This document shows positions 11,436 to 25,047 of a DNA stretch of 64,000 nt, piece by piece. Within the stretch, counting starts at the first letter, position 1; each line of letters begins with the position of its first letter. Made by a program: the position numbers and the translations under genes. Source of the stretch: Leucoraja erinacea (Eukaryota); the NCBI RefSeq assembly GCF_028641065.1, contig NC_073412.1, forward strand, positions 5,456,001 through 5,520,000, read 5' to 3'. Under the pieces are notes generated by a model that saw only the letters and a program-made list of their open reading frames with translations, was not told the DNA's origin and searched no databases.

Positions 11436-12570
11436 AACTGGTGGTTTAAACCGAAGATAGACACAAAATACTGGAGTAACTCAGCGGGACAGGCAGCATC
11501 TCTGGAGAGAAGGAAAGGGTGAAGTTTCGGGTGGAGACCGTTCTTCAGACGTTAAAGTTAAATGATTTTGAAGGGTCTCGGACCCGAAACGTCACCAATT
11601 TCTTCTCTCCGGAGATGCTGCCTGTCCCGCTGAGTTACTCCAGCGTTTTGTGGCTAGCTGAGCTCTGCCAGACTTCTATTCTCTGTTCTACAAACCATGG
11701 CGAGTTGGTGAGTATGCGGTGGAGAATCTCTGGCCTGAGATCTTCTGGTGAACCTGAAGCGTGTGAGAGGGGGCGGCGCAGCTGAACACAAACATTTCAC
11801 ATTAAAATCTGAACAAGGGTCTCGACCCGAAACGTCACCTATTCATTTTCTCCAGAGATGCTGCCTGTCCCGCTGAGTTACTCCAGCATTTTGTGTCTAT
11901 CTTCACTTTAATTTCACTTCTGCCATCATTTTTTAACTTAAGATCATAAGGTCAGAGAAACATAGAAACATAGCTGGAAAATCGAAGGTAGACAAAAATG
12001 CTGGAGAAACTCAGCGGGTGCAGCAGCATCTATGGAGCGAAGGAAATAGGCAACGTTTCAGGGCCGAAATCCAAAGGAAATAGGTAACGTTTCGGGTCGA
12101 AACCCGAAGGGTTTCGTCCCGAAACGTTGCCATTCATTCGCTCCATAGATCATAGCTTATAACATCCAACTCAGTATCGAGCCTGTACCTGATCAACCAA
12201 CTCTTCTCTCCATACCCCCTGACTCCTTTAACCACAAGGGCCACATCTAACTCCCTCGTAAATATAGCCAATGAACTGTGGCCTCAACTACCTTCTGTGG
12301 TAGAGAATTCCACAGATTCACCACTCTCTGTGTGAAAAATAATTGTCATAAGTGATAGGGGCAGAATTAGGCGATTCGGCCCATCGTCTACTCCGCCATT
12401 CAATCATGGCTGATCTACCTCTCCCTTCTAACCCCGTTCTCCTGCCTTCTCCCCATAACCCCTGACACCCGTGCTAATCAGGAATCTATCTATCTCTGCC
12501 TTAAACATATCCACTGACTTGGCCTCCACAGCCGTCTGTGGCACCTGTACCAGATTCACCCCCCTCACCT
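11436..12570. mobile_element. Nest of subfamily-B and -A Penelope-derived elements and CR1 3' ends
   Basis: B fold-back 11436-11650, B arm 11808-11905, A fold-back about 11975-12150 inside a CR1 tail, CR1 (-) to about 12345, second CR1 subfamily 12345-12570. Confidence 0.75.
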
Positions 12571-12845
12571 TCCACCAACATCAAGAGTCTTGTACAGTCA
12601 ATGAAATTCCTACCTGTTGCAACTTATCAGACCCAACAACCGACAGACAATATGTAATAATCGATATCACAATAAATTAACAATCAGTAATACTGAGTAA
12701 CCTTCACAAAATCACAGTTCTCGGAAGACCGTGACATTTTTTCCCAACCCTGACCCTAATAGGAATATTTGCTTCCATTGCTCGGGTATTTAATTCAATC
12801 TTCTCCCTTGTTACACCCGATATACAACAACAGACCAACAGAACT

Positions 12846-13170
12846 TGCAGGAACGAACTGCAGATGCTGGTTTTACACCGAGGATAGACACAAAATGCCG
12901 GAGTAACTCAGCGGGACAGGCAGCATCTCTGGATGGAAGGGATGGCTAATGTTTCAGGTCGAGACCCTTCTTCAGACTGAGAGTCAGGGGGGGAGGGGAG
13001 GCACGGAGATATGGAAGGGCAAGGTGTGAAAACGAGTGATCAAATGGGACGAAGTTCAAGGGAAAATGAAGAGGAGGAATCGCAGAGGGGGAGGACTCTC
13101 GTCGGAGGAAGAACTTGACACACCTTGTGGAGATTTCGCAGTGGAGCAGATGAAATGTATAGGAGGGAAC
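12846..13170 (-). mobile_element. Penelope-derived element, subfamily B with extended flank
   Basis: B arm with gtttcaggtcgagacccttcttcagactgagagtcagggg...gagatatggaaggg. Confidence 0.65.
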
Positions 13171-13874
13171 TTAACTTGTGTAACTCGCCCCACTATTAAT
13201 TTAACGCATAGATCCCGTTGGTGAATGCAAATTGCTTCATTCTAATCGTCATTACATCCTGTGGCGTTCAAATATGTCAAAGAGTCGACACCACGTTCAG
13301 AGAAATTTAACCATCAATTTGGCCGATATTGATGTACCATTTGGCACTGATATTGGTTTAGATGGATTATTCTAACCTGTACCGTGATACAATGAGTTTT
13401 CCATGCACAAGTACAACAGGTAGTGCAAGCGAGCAAAGAAACAGCACACGGAATGTAGTTACTGCTACAGAGAAAGTGCGGAGAAAAAAACGTGCAAGGG
13501 TGCAAAGAGGTAGACTGGGGGATCTGTAATCCATCTTTAGCTTATGTGACGGAAGAAGGGTTCCAATTTGAAAAGTCACCCTTCCATGTACTCCATGGAT
13601 GCAATCTGACCCGCTAAGTTACTCCAGCATTCTGTGTATTTCCTTATGATGGGTCTGTTCAATAGTCTCATAGCAGAGGGGAAAAGAAGCTATTATTGAA
13701 TATGGCAGTACGGGCTTTCAGGCTTTTCCCATCATCTGCATTGCGGGAGATGGGGGGAAAGGGGATGGCCAGATGTGAGTGATCGTGCTTTCTGAGGCAG
13801 CATGATGCGAAACTGGAGTTGATGTTGGGGCATCTGGTCTATGTGATGGACTGGGCTACACCCACCACTCCAGT

Positions 13875-14160
13875 GCTGGTTTAAACCGAAAATAGACACA
13901 AAATGCTGGAGTAACTCAGCAGGTCAGGCAGTATCTCTGGAGAAAAGCAATAGGTGATGTTTCGGGACCCTTCTTCAGACCAAGAGTCAGAGGAGAGAGA
14001 GACCAGAGATATGGAAGGTAGACAAAGATGCTGGAGAAACTCAGCGGGTGCGGCAACATCTATGGAGCGAAGGAAATAGGCGACGTTTCGGGGCGAAACC
14101 CTTCAAGGAAATAGGCCGGCATCTGCAGTTCCTTCTTGAACACTAGAGATATTGAAGGGT
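13875..14160. mobile_element. Subfamily-B element interrupted by a subfamily-A element
   Basis: A copy about 14015-14142, flanked by an agagatat(g/t)gaagg duplication. Confidence 0.7.
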
Positions 14161-14892
14161 AAGATCTATCTTTCTCTCTCAACCCCATTCTCCTGCCTTC
14201 TCCCCATAACCGCTGGCACCCGTACTAATGACGAATATCTATCTCTAAGGTCTATCTATCTCTAATCAAGATCTATCTCTGCCTTTTACTATCAATTGAG
14301 GTCCTCAACAGCCTTCTGTTGCAATGGTTGCAATGAGCTGTCTCTTGATCTGACGCCCTTCATTCTCCCTTTCACTCCATACTCACCTCCTCACCTCTAT
14401 CCACCTACAAATGTTACTCAAGATTTCAACGTCTGCAGCTCCTTGTGTCTCAATGTCTCTGCAGGGGGTTGTTTTTAACTTTGCACGGTCAGTGTTGAAA
14501 GGTGTCAGAGAAGGGGAGAAGAGGGGGGGGGGGGGTGAAAAATGTAAAGCTGGAGGGAGGGATATGGGAAGCAGGTTAAATGGGGTGTGCAAGGAGATGT
14601 GGGTTGGGGTACACGTTGCATCAAATGAGGTACAAACGATGACTTAGGGGAAGATGTTTGTGTGGTTGGATGATTTTCTCCCCTCCCCCCTCCCCCATCC
14701 CCCCCACCCCACCACCCTTCACTTTACACAAACCAGTTTTTTTTAAGCTATTCATTTAAACCGCTGCAGCTCACATGCTCTGTAAATCGCCCCTAGTGTG
14801 TAGGGCGTGGACCACAAAGTGGGCTAACTCACGTTGAACTAGTGTGGATGGGTGGCATGAACTCGCGGTGTGATCTGTCCTTTTCACACCTT

Positions 14893-15302
14893 AGAAACAT
14901 AGAAAATAGGTGCAGGAGTAGGCCATTCGGCCCTTCGAGCCGGCATCGCCATTCAATATGATCACGGCTGATCATCCAACTCAGTATCCCATCCCTGCCT
15001 TCTCTCCATACCCCCTGATCCCTTTAGCCGCAAGGGCCACATCTAACTCCCTCTTAAATATAGCCAATGAACTGTGGCCTCAACTACCCTCTGTGGCAGA
15101 GAATTCCACAGATTCACCACTCTCTGTGTGAAAAATGATTTTCTCATCTCGGTCCTAAAATACTTCCCTCTTATCCTTAAACTGTGTGACCCCTAGTTCT
15201 GGACTTCCCCAACATCGGGAATAATCTTCCTGCATCTAGCCTGTCCAACCCCTTAAGAATTTTGTAAGTTTCTATAAGATCCCCCCCCCCCCTCAATCTT
15301 CT
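14893..15302 (-). mobile_element. CR1-type LINE 3' fragment
   Basis: Same sequence family as 1700-2167; (catagaaa) tail. Confidence 0.9.
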
Positions 15303-15589
15303 GAAACGTTCACCCGTCCCTTCTCTCCAGAGATGCTGCCTGTCCCGCTGAGTTACTCCAGCATTTTGTGTCTACCTTCCTTTGTAAATCAGCATCTGCA
15401 GTTCTTTCTTACACGTATAATAAATTAGTGGTGTTGCCAAGCTTGTGTTTGTAGACTTGGCCGTGTAAACTGGGCTGGCGTTGCGGTGTCTGATGGACTG
15501 TTGGGGTTGCTGTTTTCTGAATGAGGCTAGTCCTCCCCCCAAGTCAATGTGAAAGCATTAACACCAATAGTAGAAGGATTCTCTCTATT

Positions 15590-15782
15590 ACTGTTTAAGA
15601 AGGAACTGCAGATGCTGGAAAATCGAAGGTGGACAAAAGTGCTGGAGAAACTCAGCGGGTGCAGCAGCATCTATGGAGCGAAGGAAATAGGCAACGTTTC
15701 GGGACGAAACGTTGCCTATTTCCTTCGCTCCATAGATGCTGCTGCACCCGCTGAGTTTCTCCAGCACTTTTGTCCACCTTCG
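15590..15782. mobile_element. Subfamily-A fold-back element
   Basis: Near-perfect inverted arms centred on ggcaacgtttcgggacgaaacgttgcc. Confidence 0.85.
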
Positions 15783-16371
15783 CAGTTTTATTCCCCTTGG
15801 AGGCGGCTAAAAGGCAGCAAGGGACAGCAGCCAGGATTATAACCACCTCCGCTCTGTTTACACGAGGCGGCATTTTGAACTCGCGAGGGAAACTATCACC
15901 GCCGAGTTGTAATCTGACACGCTCTAGGGAACTAGTTTTACCTGCATATATTAAAATATTTCCAATTCGCATTAACAACCCCCCCCCCCCCCCCCCACCC
16001 ACACACACACACACACACACAGTGACAAACTGCCAACGCGATGCATAGAGTTCCACACATGATGATAGCTGAGGCACAGCGGCAGAGATCTCCACCCAGT
16101 AACGCTGGGACTGAACTAGCCCGAGTATCAGACACTGTAACTCGTAAGGGAGAATCTTTTACTAAACCAAGACAGAAAATGCTCACGGGAGCGGCCAGCG
16201 TCTGATCACCGGACGGCAAAACTCGAGAAGTGTTTCTGCCGGAGGAGGCTGGTGAACTAATAACTGTGTGTGTGTGTGTGTGTGTTGTGCTCCGTTTCGC
16301 GTTCGGGAGCGGTGGAGTCCCAAGTTGGGCGCTCGGAGCCGCCCGCCGCCTGCCCGGGGCAAACCTCGCCG

Positions 16372-16514
16372 NNNNNNNNNNNNNNNNNNNNNNNNNNNNN
16401 NNNNNNNNNNNNNNNNNNNNNNNNNNNNNNNNNNNNNNNNNNNNNNNNNNNNNNNNNNNNNNNNNNNNNNNNNNNNNNNNNNNNNNNNNNNNNNNNNNNN
16501 NNNNNNNNNNNNNN
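16372..16514. other. Assembly gap
   Basis: N run. Confidence 1.
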
Positions 16515-16527
16515 GCGGGACAGAGTA

Positions 16528-17118
16528 TACACGTGGAACTGCAGGCGCTGGAATCTTCAGTAAAACACCAAGTGCTGGAGGAACTCAAAAAGAGGTTTTA
16601 AGCAGCATCTGTGGAGGGAATGGACGGGCGAGTGTTGGGGTCAGACAGGACCCTTCTCCTGAAGAAGGGGTTCGGCCCGAAACGTTGCCTATTTCCTTCG
16701 CTCCATAGATGCTGCTGCACCCGCTGAGTTTCTCCAGCATTTTTGTGTCCCTTCTCCAGACTCTCGCTTTAGATAGACACACACACACACACAAAATGCT
16801 GGAGCAACTCGGCGGGATCTGTGGAGAGAAGGAATGGGTGACATTTCGGGTCGAGACCCTTGTTCAGACTCCTTCTCTCCGGAGATGCTGCCTGTCCCGC
16901 TGAGTTTCTCCAGCATTTTTTGTGTCTACCTTCCATTTTCGATTTTCCAGCATCTGCAGTTCTTTCTTAAAAAAGCCTTCGATCTGAAGAAGGGTCTCGA
17001 CCCGAAACATCACACATTCCTTCTCTCCAGAGACGCTGCCTGCCAGTCCCGCTGGGTTACTCCAGCATTTTGTGTCTCATCTTCGGTGTAAACCAGCATC
17101 TGCAGTTCCTTCCTGCAC
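16528..17118. mobile_element. Cluster of A and B Penelope-derived arms with hammerhead motifs at 16659-16688 and 16984-17011 (+)
   Basis: CTGAAGAAGGGGTTCGGCCCGAAACGTT and CTGAAGAAGGGTCTCGACCCGAAACATC. Confidence 0.7.
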
Positions 17119-19279
17119 GCATTGAGCTCTCTCGCTATTCTGACCCAAACCATCATTCTCCCAACATCACCAGCAGCCGAGGATTTTTGCCACGACCACG
17201 TTGACTGTCCCGGGGAGTTTTTCAACGTGTGTCAATAATCCCCAGACCTTTGTACAAGATTCGGTTCAATATCACTAAACCCCCTCTCCCCCGAGGACGT
17301 GGCAGGCGCTATACTAATTACGGATCTTTATATTCAGTGGTGGAAGGAATCGCTTCTCTATCTAGTTCTTCCAGTCTAGTTTCGGCCCCGTTCTTGTGTT
17401 CAATTCGCACAGCCGGTCCCCTCCACCCTGTTCCTTTCTCTCCAGAGACGCTGCCTGTCCCGCTGTGTTACTCCAGCTTTTTTTGTGTCCATCTTCTGCT
17501 CGGGAATCGAGTCTTCTCCACACGGGACCAAGCAATGGACAATTGAGAATCTTCCAACACTTGTCCGAGCGCTGGCAACGCGGCGCCGAGTTCACAGTTA
17601 CCGCCCGCTTTAGCAAAGCCGATGGCATTCACAACTTTTTAACACCGCCTCCTCTCTCATATCAGACTCATATCAGTTTTGTAGCCACCAGCACTAATCC
17701 ACCGCACTAATATTTAGATATAGACACAGAAGAAACTGCGGATGCTGGTTTATTAATAAAAACCTCTGCGGGTCAGGCAGCATCTATGGAGAACTTGGAT
17801 GGGTGATGTTTCCAGACTTAGTGATTACTAACCCAGATACGTGTTTTAATCCACTTTTGGTTGAAGGGAGCGGAGTGATTTCAATTCCTGGATAGCGAGG
17901 TTCCTCCAGTTTGGACCAAGTCCAGTTTGAAGCAGTCCCTCTCTCTCTATCTCGGCTTCAGGCTGAGAGAGTTGGTTCACAGTACAACGCAGAGACCACA
18001 CGACAGACAACTCAGATGTTTTAACGCTGACCTGGAAACTGTGTAAAAATCCATCTCTCCCCTCTATTGTAAAAAAAAACCCTACTATATTCTCTGAGAG
18101 GGCTTTCCGTTTGAACCGAGGAGCAGAGGAAGACGGATCAATTCGCAAGAAACTAGGCGCATATCGGGTGAAGCCGCCAACTTTCCTGAGCAATTTTTTA
18201 AACATTAATCTCTGCGTTTTTGTTTCCTGTAAAGGTTCTCCACAAATGTCACCAGGACTACCCTGATCATTTTCACAGCGCCAATATTACACGGCTAGCA
18301 GTTGGGGTATGGGATAGATTCCCCGCGTCTAACTAGGGATCTCACCTCCCTAGTCTCGCCACACAGGGAGGTATCTAAAGATTTGCTTCCTGAGTTTGTA
18401 TTCACTCTCTGACAATAAATATCCCACTAACCCCGGAGGCTCGAAGAGATCATTTCAGATCTCTGCTGAGTATTTAAAATTCTCTGACCACCACTCATTT
18501 GAATTCCAATCCCGTCTACAACTAAAATAGACACAACATGCTGGCGCTGAAGAAGGGTCCCGACTCATTCCTTTTCTCCAGAGAGTCACTCCAGCATTTT
18601 GTGTCTATCTTCGGTGTAAACCAGCATCTGCAGTTCCCTCCTACACACCTATCTGGGTTCTGATCCCCGGAATCCAATCCCTGAAGTTCCTTGAGCTCAC
18701 ATCTCTATTAAATAGCTGGAAGTTTACATAGTTGACCTCCCTGTGTCAAATTTGCACCAACATTCCTGTTAATTACCAAATGGTTATGTTATTATTTTGA
18801 GTGTCGCATCACTCACTGCGAATACTACAAGCATTGGCCAAGCAGTTCTCTAAACCAGCCTCTGTAGCTCCTCGTAGCTGCTTTTCATTATCGGTATTGA
18901 ATTGTCCTGCGTTTCAAACAATAAGAACGTCTATGTTAAGTGTAAGAAGGAGCCGGAAATTCTGGTTTAAACCGAAGAGAGACACAACAATAGACAGGGT
19001 CTGCCCGAAATATCACCTATCCCATTTCTCCAGAGTTGCTGTCTGACCTGCAGTGTTACTCCAGCTTTTTGTGTTTATCTAAGGTCTATATTAAGATAGC
19101 TATGCTCATCACAACGAAGATAACAGAAGGATTTGGCAGGTAGCTGGGGAGAAATTATTTATTTTCCATAACCAAACGTTTGACAGCCGGATAAGTTAAC
19201 TGATTGGAAAACGAATAATGGAGTGGATCAAGGGATTCATCGTGGAGACGTTGGATGGAAGCAAATTCAACTGTTACTC

Positions 19280-20030
19280 ATTGTGTATAAAACTTTGAGA
19301 GGAATAGATCGGGTAGATGCACAGAGTCTCTTGCCCAGTGTAGGTGAATCGGGGACCAGAGGACATAGGTTTCAGGTGAAGGGGAAAAGAGTTAATAGGA
19401 ATCTGAGGGGGTAACTCTTTCACACAAAGGGTGGCGGTGGGTGTGTGGAACAAGCTGCCAGATGAGGTAGTTGAGGCTGGGACAATCCCAATGTTTAAGC
19501 AACAGTTAGACAGGTACATGGATAGGGCAGGCTTAGAAACATAGAAAATAGGTGCAGGAGTAGGCCATTCGGCCCTTCGAGCCTGCACCGCCATTCAATA
19601 TGATCATGGGTCATTATTCAACTCAGTATCTTGTACCTGCCTTCTCTCCATACCCCCTGATCCCCTTAGTCACAAGGGCCACATCTTCTAACTCCCTCTT
19701 AAATATAGCCAAATGAACTGGCCTCAATACCTTCTGTGGCAGAGAATTCAACAGATTCACCACTCTGTGTGTAAAAAATGTTTTTCTCATCTCAGTCCTA
19801 AAAGATTTCCCCTTTATCCATAAACTGTGACCCCTTGTTCTGGACTTCCCCAACATCAGGAACAATCTTCCTGCATCTAGCCTGTCCAACCCCTTAAGAG
19901 TTTTGTATGTTTTGTAAGCTTGGCGGGATATGGACCAAACATGGGCAGGTGGGACTAGTGTAGTTGGGATATGTTGGCTGGTGTGGGGAAGTTAGGCCTG
20001 TTTCCACGCTAGATGATTCTATGACTCTAT
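19280..20030 (+). mobile_element. CR1 3' fragment (+) with a second CR1 nested in - orientation (19535-19915)
   Basis: VYKTLRGIDRVDAQSLLP..RGHRFQVKG on +, resuming at about 19920. Inner copy MDRLDAGRLF.. on -. Confidence 0.85.
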
Positions 20031-20932
20031 GCTACACTCAAAAGGAAAATAAATTGTCCAGAGAGAAATATTTAAGGTTCCAGGAGAAAGTGCTGAGAAA
20101 TGGAAATGACTATCTTTGCTCATATGACCATCAGCCATGATCACATTGAATGCTGGCTCGAAGGGCCGAATGACCTACTGCTGCACCTATTGTCTGTTTT
20201 GCACAAATCCTGTACAGGTTGGATGGGCTGAATGGACTCTTTTCTTCTATAAGAGTTATTCCCTGTGATCAAGTCACTCCTCTGCACCGCTTCCAGCTTA
20301 AAGCCATGGTATTTGCACTGGAAACACTCACAGGGGTGATCTGAATGATGTGTTGACATAAAAACTATAAAAACCTTGATTGTAAACATGTTGCTTCCAC
20401 CATCTATAAACAGTCATTTACTCTAGGTGTAATATTTTTTGTCAATATGCCTTTGTTCACGATTTCTGCCTCTCCTTTCCCACAGATGCAAATGTTACTT
20501 AGTCATAGTCAGAGAGTGAAATAGCATGGAAACAGGCCCTTCGGCGTATCAAGTCCATGCTGACTATCAATCACCAGTTCACACTCATCTGATCTTAATT
20601 TAATCTCTCCATATTGTCATCAACCCCCTTAGATTCGACCACTCAGCTACACAGTAGGAGCAATTTACTTTTACAAGAGGCCAATTAACCGACCAACCTG
20701 TATTTTTTAGGGGCTGTGTGGGAAACTGGAGCACCTAGAGGAAGCCCACGTGGTCCCAGGGAGAACATGCAAACTCCACACAGACAGCAGCCAAGGTTGG
20801 GGCTGTGGGGCTCTACAGGGTGCAACACTTTGACACACGTGCGTGCAAATGCAACAATGTTGCTCTGCATCCCTCTATTCCTCTCTCCATGTGTAATGTG
20901 ATTAGTGCTTAGGCTGGGTGCCCGGCTGTATT

Positions 20933-21030
20933 GGAAGGTAGACAACAGTGCTGGAGAAACTCAGCGGGTGCGGCAGCATCTATGGAGCGAAGGAAACAGG
21001 CAACGTTTCAGGCCGAAACCCTTCTTCAGC
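20933..21030 (-). mobile_element. Single-arm subfamily-A element with 12-nt TSD
   Basis: gctgtattggaa at 20925-20936 and 21029-21040. Minus strand CTGAAGAAGGGTTTCGGCCTGAAACGTT. Confidence 0.8.
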
Positions 21031-21103
21031 TGTATTGGAATCTGAGCCAAGGATGAGACCTCCCCAACTTCACCGGAGAGTGGGTTAGCAGCCTCTCAAG
21101 GAG

Positions 21104-21411
21104 AGTTTAGTTTAGAGATACAGCACGGAAACAGGCCCACCGGCTCCGCGCCGACCAGCGATCCCCGCACGCTAACACTATCCTATACCCATTAGGGACA
21201 ATTTTTACATTTACCAAGCCAATTAACCTACATACCTGTAGGTCTTTGGAGTGTGGGGGGAAACTGAAGATCTCGGAGAAAACCCACGCAGATCACGGGG
21301 AGAATGTACAAACTCCGTACAGACAGCACCCTTGGTCAGGATCGAACCTGGGTCTCCGGCGCTGCATTTGCTGTAAGACAGCAACTCTACCGCTGTGCCA
21401 CCGTGCCGCCC
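21104..21411 (-). mobile_element. tRNA-derived V-SINE (HE1-like), full length
   Basis: Minus strand GGGCGGCACGGTGGCACAGCGGTAGAG (A box), GGTTCGATCC (B box), V-domain ggagtttgtacattctccccgtg, (taaac)n tail. Confidence 0.85.
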
Positions 21412-21412
21412 G

Positions 21413-21795
21413 AATAGACAATAGGTGCAGGAGTAGGCCATTCGGCCCTTCGAGCCAGCACCGCCATTCAATGTGATCATGGCTGATCATCCCCAATCAG
21501 TAACCCGTTCCTGCCTTCTCCCCATATCCCCTGACTCCGCTATTTTTAAGAGCCCTATCCAGCTCTCTCTTGCAAGCATCCAGAGAACCTGCCTCCACCG
21601 CCCTCTGAGGCAGAGAATTCCACAGACTCACCTCTCTCTGTGAGAAAAAGTGTTTCCTCGTCTCCGTTCAAAATGGCTTACTCCTTATTCGTAAACTGTG
21701 TGGCCCCTGGTTCTGGACTCCCCCAATATCGGGAACATGTTTCCTGCCTCTAGCGTGTCCAAGCCCTTAACAATCCTACATGTTTCAATAAGATA
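21413..21795 (-). mobile_element. CR1 3' fragment (third subfamily)
   Basis: (caataga) tail; same family as 57881-58428. Confidence 0.85.
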
Positions 21796-22849
21796 AATTA
21801 TTATATTTGACCTGATTTTTGCGTTTTACTGTGTGTTCTTCCTCCCAGATTTAATTCCCTCTTATATTGGATCAATTTTTTCTTAAGCTTAAATGCTAGA
21901 AATGGAGAGAGGGATATTCAGTCCAGTGTGTCTGCCACATCCCTGTGAACAAATTAATCCCACACACTGCCCTTTCTCTATTGTGTGAAATATTGCCCTT
22001 TATCAAAATCCAAAGGGCCTTTAACCCGATGTGCTTTCCATAGATGCTGACTGACTGGCTGAGTTTTTCTTGCATTTTCCACTTTTTATTTTACCCAATC
22101 ATGTAAGTCACCATTGGACCTGCTTCTAGTATGCAGATCATAACTATTCACTGTATGAAGAAAAACTTACCCCGTAGAGACACACAAAATGCTAGACACC
22201 ATCTCTGGAGAAAATGGATAGGTGACTTTTCAGGCCAGGACCCTTCTTCAGATTTCCAATGTTCTCCAGAAATGCTGCCTGACTGATTGAGTTACTCCAG
22301 CATTTTGTGAATATTTGGTATAAACCAGCACATGCAGTTCCTTTTTATTACATTGAAACTTATCTTCTACCTGGATCTTCTGTCCCTCTTGCCACAAAAC
22401 ACAATTCGTTACCCAACTTAACGAGTTCATTGCCAACATAAGATGTGGCGAAGGGGATCAGGGGGTAGCGAGCGGGATAGGCCATTTGATCATGATCATG
22501 TGTCGGTGCAGGCTCGAAGGGCCGAATGCCCTACTCCTGCACACTGTCAAGTTCAATAAGACCAGTGCGAGATTTTTTTCCTGGGCCTCCCACAGTCATT
22601 CAATTAGTGCTGATCTTTACCTCAGCTAATCCTGCATTCCTTATTCCTTGATAAGCTCAGAGAAGCCTGAGATATTTTCTCTTCCATTTCAATCACAATG
22701 GCTCTTTTTCATTTTAATACACTCATTCCTCTTTTCATTGAACCTGTACTCAAGGTTCTTGTTGTCAGATTACTTGATATCAGTTCTACCTGATATCCCC
22801 CCCTTGTCTGATTTGGCATTAAACAGTGGTTCATCAGTCCACCTTATTC

Positions 22850-23760
22850 ATAAGTTATAGGAGCAGACTTAGGCCATTTGGCTCATCAAGTCTCCTCTGC
22901 CATTCAATCATTCCTGTGGAATTCTCTGCCTCAGAGGGCGGTGGAGGCAGGTTCCCTGGATGCTTTCAAGGGAGAGCTAGATAGGGCTCTTAAAAATAGC
23001 GGAGACAGGGGATATGGGGAGAAGGCAGGAACGGGGTACTGATTGGGGATGATCAGCCATGATCACATTGAATGGCGGTGCTGGCTCGAAGGGCCGAATG
23101 GCCTACTCCTGCACCTATTATCTATCTATCTTTCCCTCCCGATCCCATTCTCCTGCCTTCTCCCCATAACCCTTGACACCCGTACTAATCGAAAATCTGT
23201 CAATCTCCCCCCATAAAAATATTAATTGACTTGGCCTTCGCAGCTGCATGTGGCAATGAATTCCACAGATTCACCACCCTCTGACTAAAGAAATTCCTCC
23301 TCATTTCCTTTCTGAAGGCACCTCCTTTTATGCCGGGGCTATGTTGAGGGTTGTTCCTCACAATGGTGGGGTAGATTTACAGTATAAAAATCCAGCTTAG
23401 TTTATTAATTGGCTTACTTGTGGGAATGTGATTTGTGGTAGTTCCTGCCATGGAATGCAACAGAGGCAGATTCATACAGTGTAGAAACAGGCCATTCGGC
23501 CTATCTGGACCACACCAGCCAACATGTCCCAGCTACACTAGTCCCACCTGCCTGCGTTTGGTCCATATCCCTCCAAACCTGTCCTATCCATGTACCTGTA
23601 TCTGTTTCTTAAACATTGGGATGGTCCCTGCCTCAACTACCTCCTATGGCAGCTCGTTCCATACACCCACCACAAACGTTACCCCTCAGATTTCTATTAA
23701 ATCTTTTCCCCGTCACCTTAAACCTATATCCTCTCCTCGATTCCCCTACTCTGGGCAAGT
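22850..23760. mobile_element. Nested CR1 3' fragments
   Basis: CR1 (+) 22912-23125 inside a CR1 (-) tail, plus a further CR1 (-) at 23470-23760. Confidence 0.75.
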
Positions 23761-24010
23761 CTGGAGACTCTGGAGATCCTGAACTTTGAGATGGGTAGAT
23801 TCTTAAGTGAGCGAGGTTTCTAAACATGTTATATGTTCAGGATCGGATAGTCCAATTCTTCAAAAATGCTTTGAGTACATTTCAATTGAATCATTCTCTC
23901 TGTTCACCTGGTTAATTTCCTGTCATGCTGAGAGGATTTTACAAGGATGTTGCCAGGACTCAAGTTTGAGCTATAGGGGGAGGTTGAGGCTGCTATGACT
24001 TTATTCTTGA

Positions 24011-24512
24011 AGGGGCTGTCCCACTTGGGCGACCTAATTAGCGAGTTTAGAAGAGTTTAGGAGAGTTTCTAAAAAAGGCATGTTGAAGACCTCCTTTGAC
24101 TATGTTGAAGACTAGCTTCGACTAACTACGACTAGCTTCGGGAAAATTGGACACCGAATAGTGTAGAGTGAAGATGACCTCCCTTCGACTATGGTGAAGA
24201 CTATCTACGACTACCATCGACTACCCTCGATTACCTACGACTAACATGCCGACCTACTACGACTAAACCTACGAGTAAAAAAAAGTATCGATTTGTTCCA
24301 TGGCGACCTTTTTTTACTTGGGGGCATTTTTCAACATGTTGAAAAATACACCGCGACCTAGCTGAGACCTCGAGAACACGGAGACTTCTCCCGAGCACGA
24401 AGGAGAGTTACAAAGACCTCCTACAACCTCGTGTCGACCATGCTTGCGAGCATGAGTCGAGGCCAAACTCGCCAGAGCTCGCGGATTAAGACGCCCAAGT
24501 GGGACAGCCCCT
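24011..24512. mobile_element. Non-autonomous DNA transposon (PIF/Harbinger-like MITE)
   Basis: Perfect 21-nt TIR AGGGGCTGTCCCACTTGGGCG / CGCCCAAGTGGGACAGCCCCT. Internal (cgacta)-rich repeats. Interrupts a degenerate CR1 fragment. Confidence 0.8.
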
Positions 24513-24704
24513 TTCGAGCACAGGATATGGTTACCACACAATATGGTTGACTAGTTAATGTCCTATGTAATGGCGGTACAGCACATCATCTCAGGGTAAC
24601 TAGGTTAAACACGTTGCTACACCTTGTGCATCAAGCTTTGCAGTTCATCCACGTTTGGGATTAACACATGGAGATCAACAACGCACATTCCACAATTCAC
24701 AGAT

Positions 24705-25047
24705 GCAGATGAAAAATAAATAATTTTATTATGTCATCAGTGAATTTGAGCCACCAACCGACTTCTAATAAATAAAATTAATTTATGCAAATCCCAAAGG
24801 GACTGCTGTATCATCCTAACAAACAAAAAACAAAATTGATTATTCTCTATGCACATAAATAAGCTAGAAAGGCTCACTTAAAAAATTGTCAAAAAGTGAT
24901 TACAATGAAGATCTTATATACAACAGGTACTATGTACAATTTGTGCAAATCATATGAGTATGTTCTGAAACATAATATCAGTGAATGAGTTACAAGACTA
25001 ACTGTTAAATCAACTTTTTTTTTAGCGTTGAGCATCCATTCCCCCCT
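24705..25047 (-). other. SCAPER: SCAPER 3' UTR with AATAAA at 24725-24730 (-)
   Basis: Follows the TAA stop. tttatt on + is followed by a U-rich downstream element on -. End approximate. Confidence 0.65.

Noticed and set aside
3017-16708. Long ORFs containing X runs
   Set aside because: Artefacts of reading through N gaps.
21330-21411. tRNA gene
   Set aside because: The A/B boxes belong to a SINE head; no full cloverleaf, and it continues into the V-domain and LINE-like tail.
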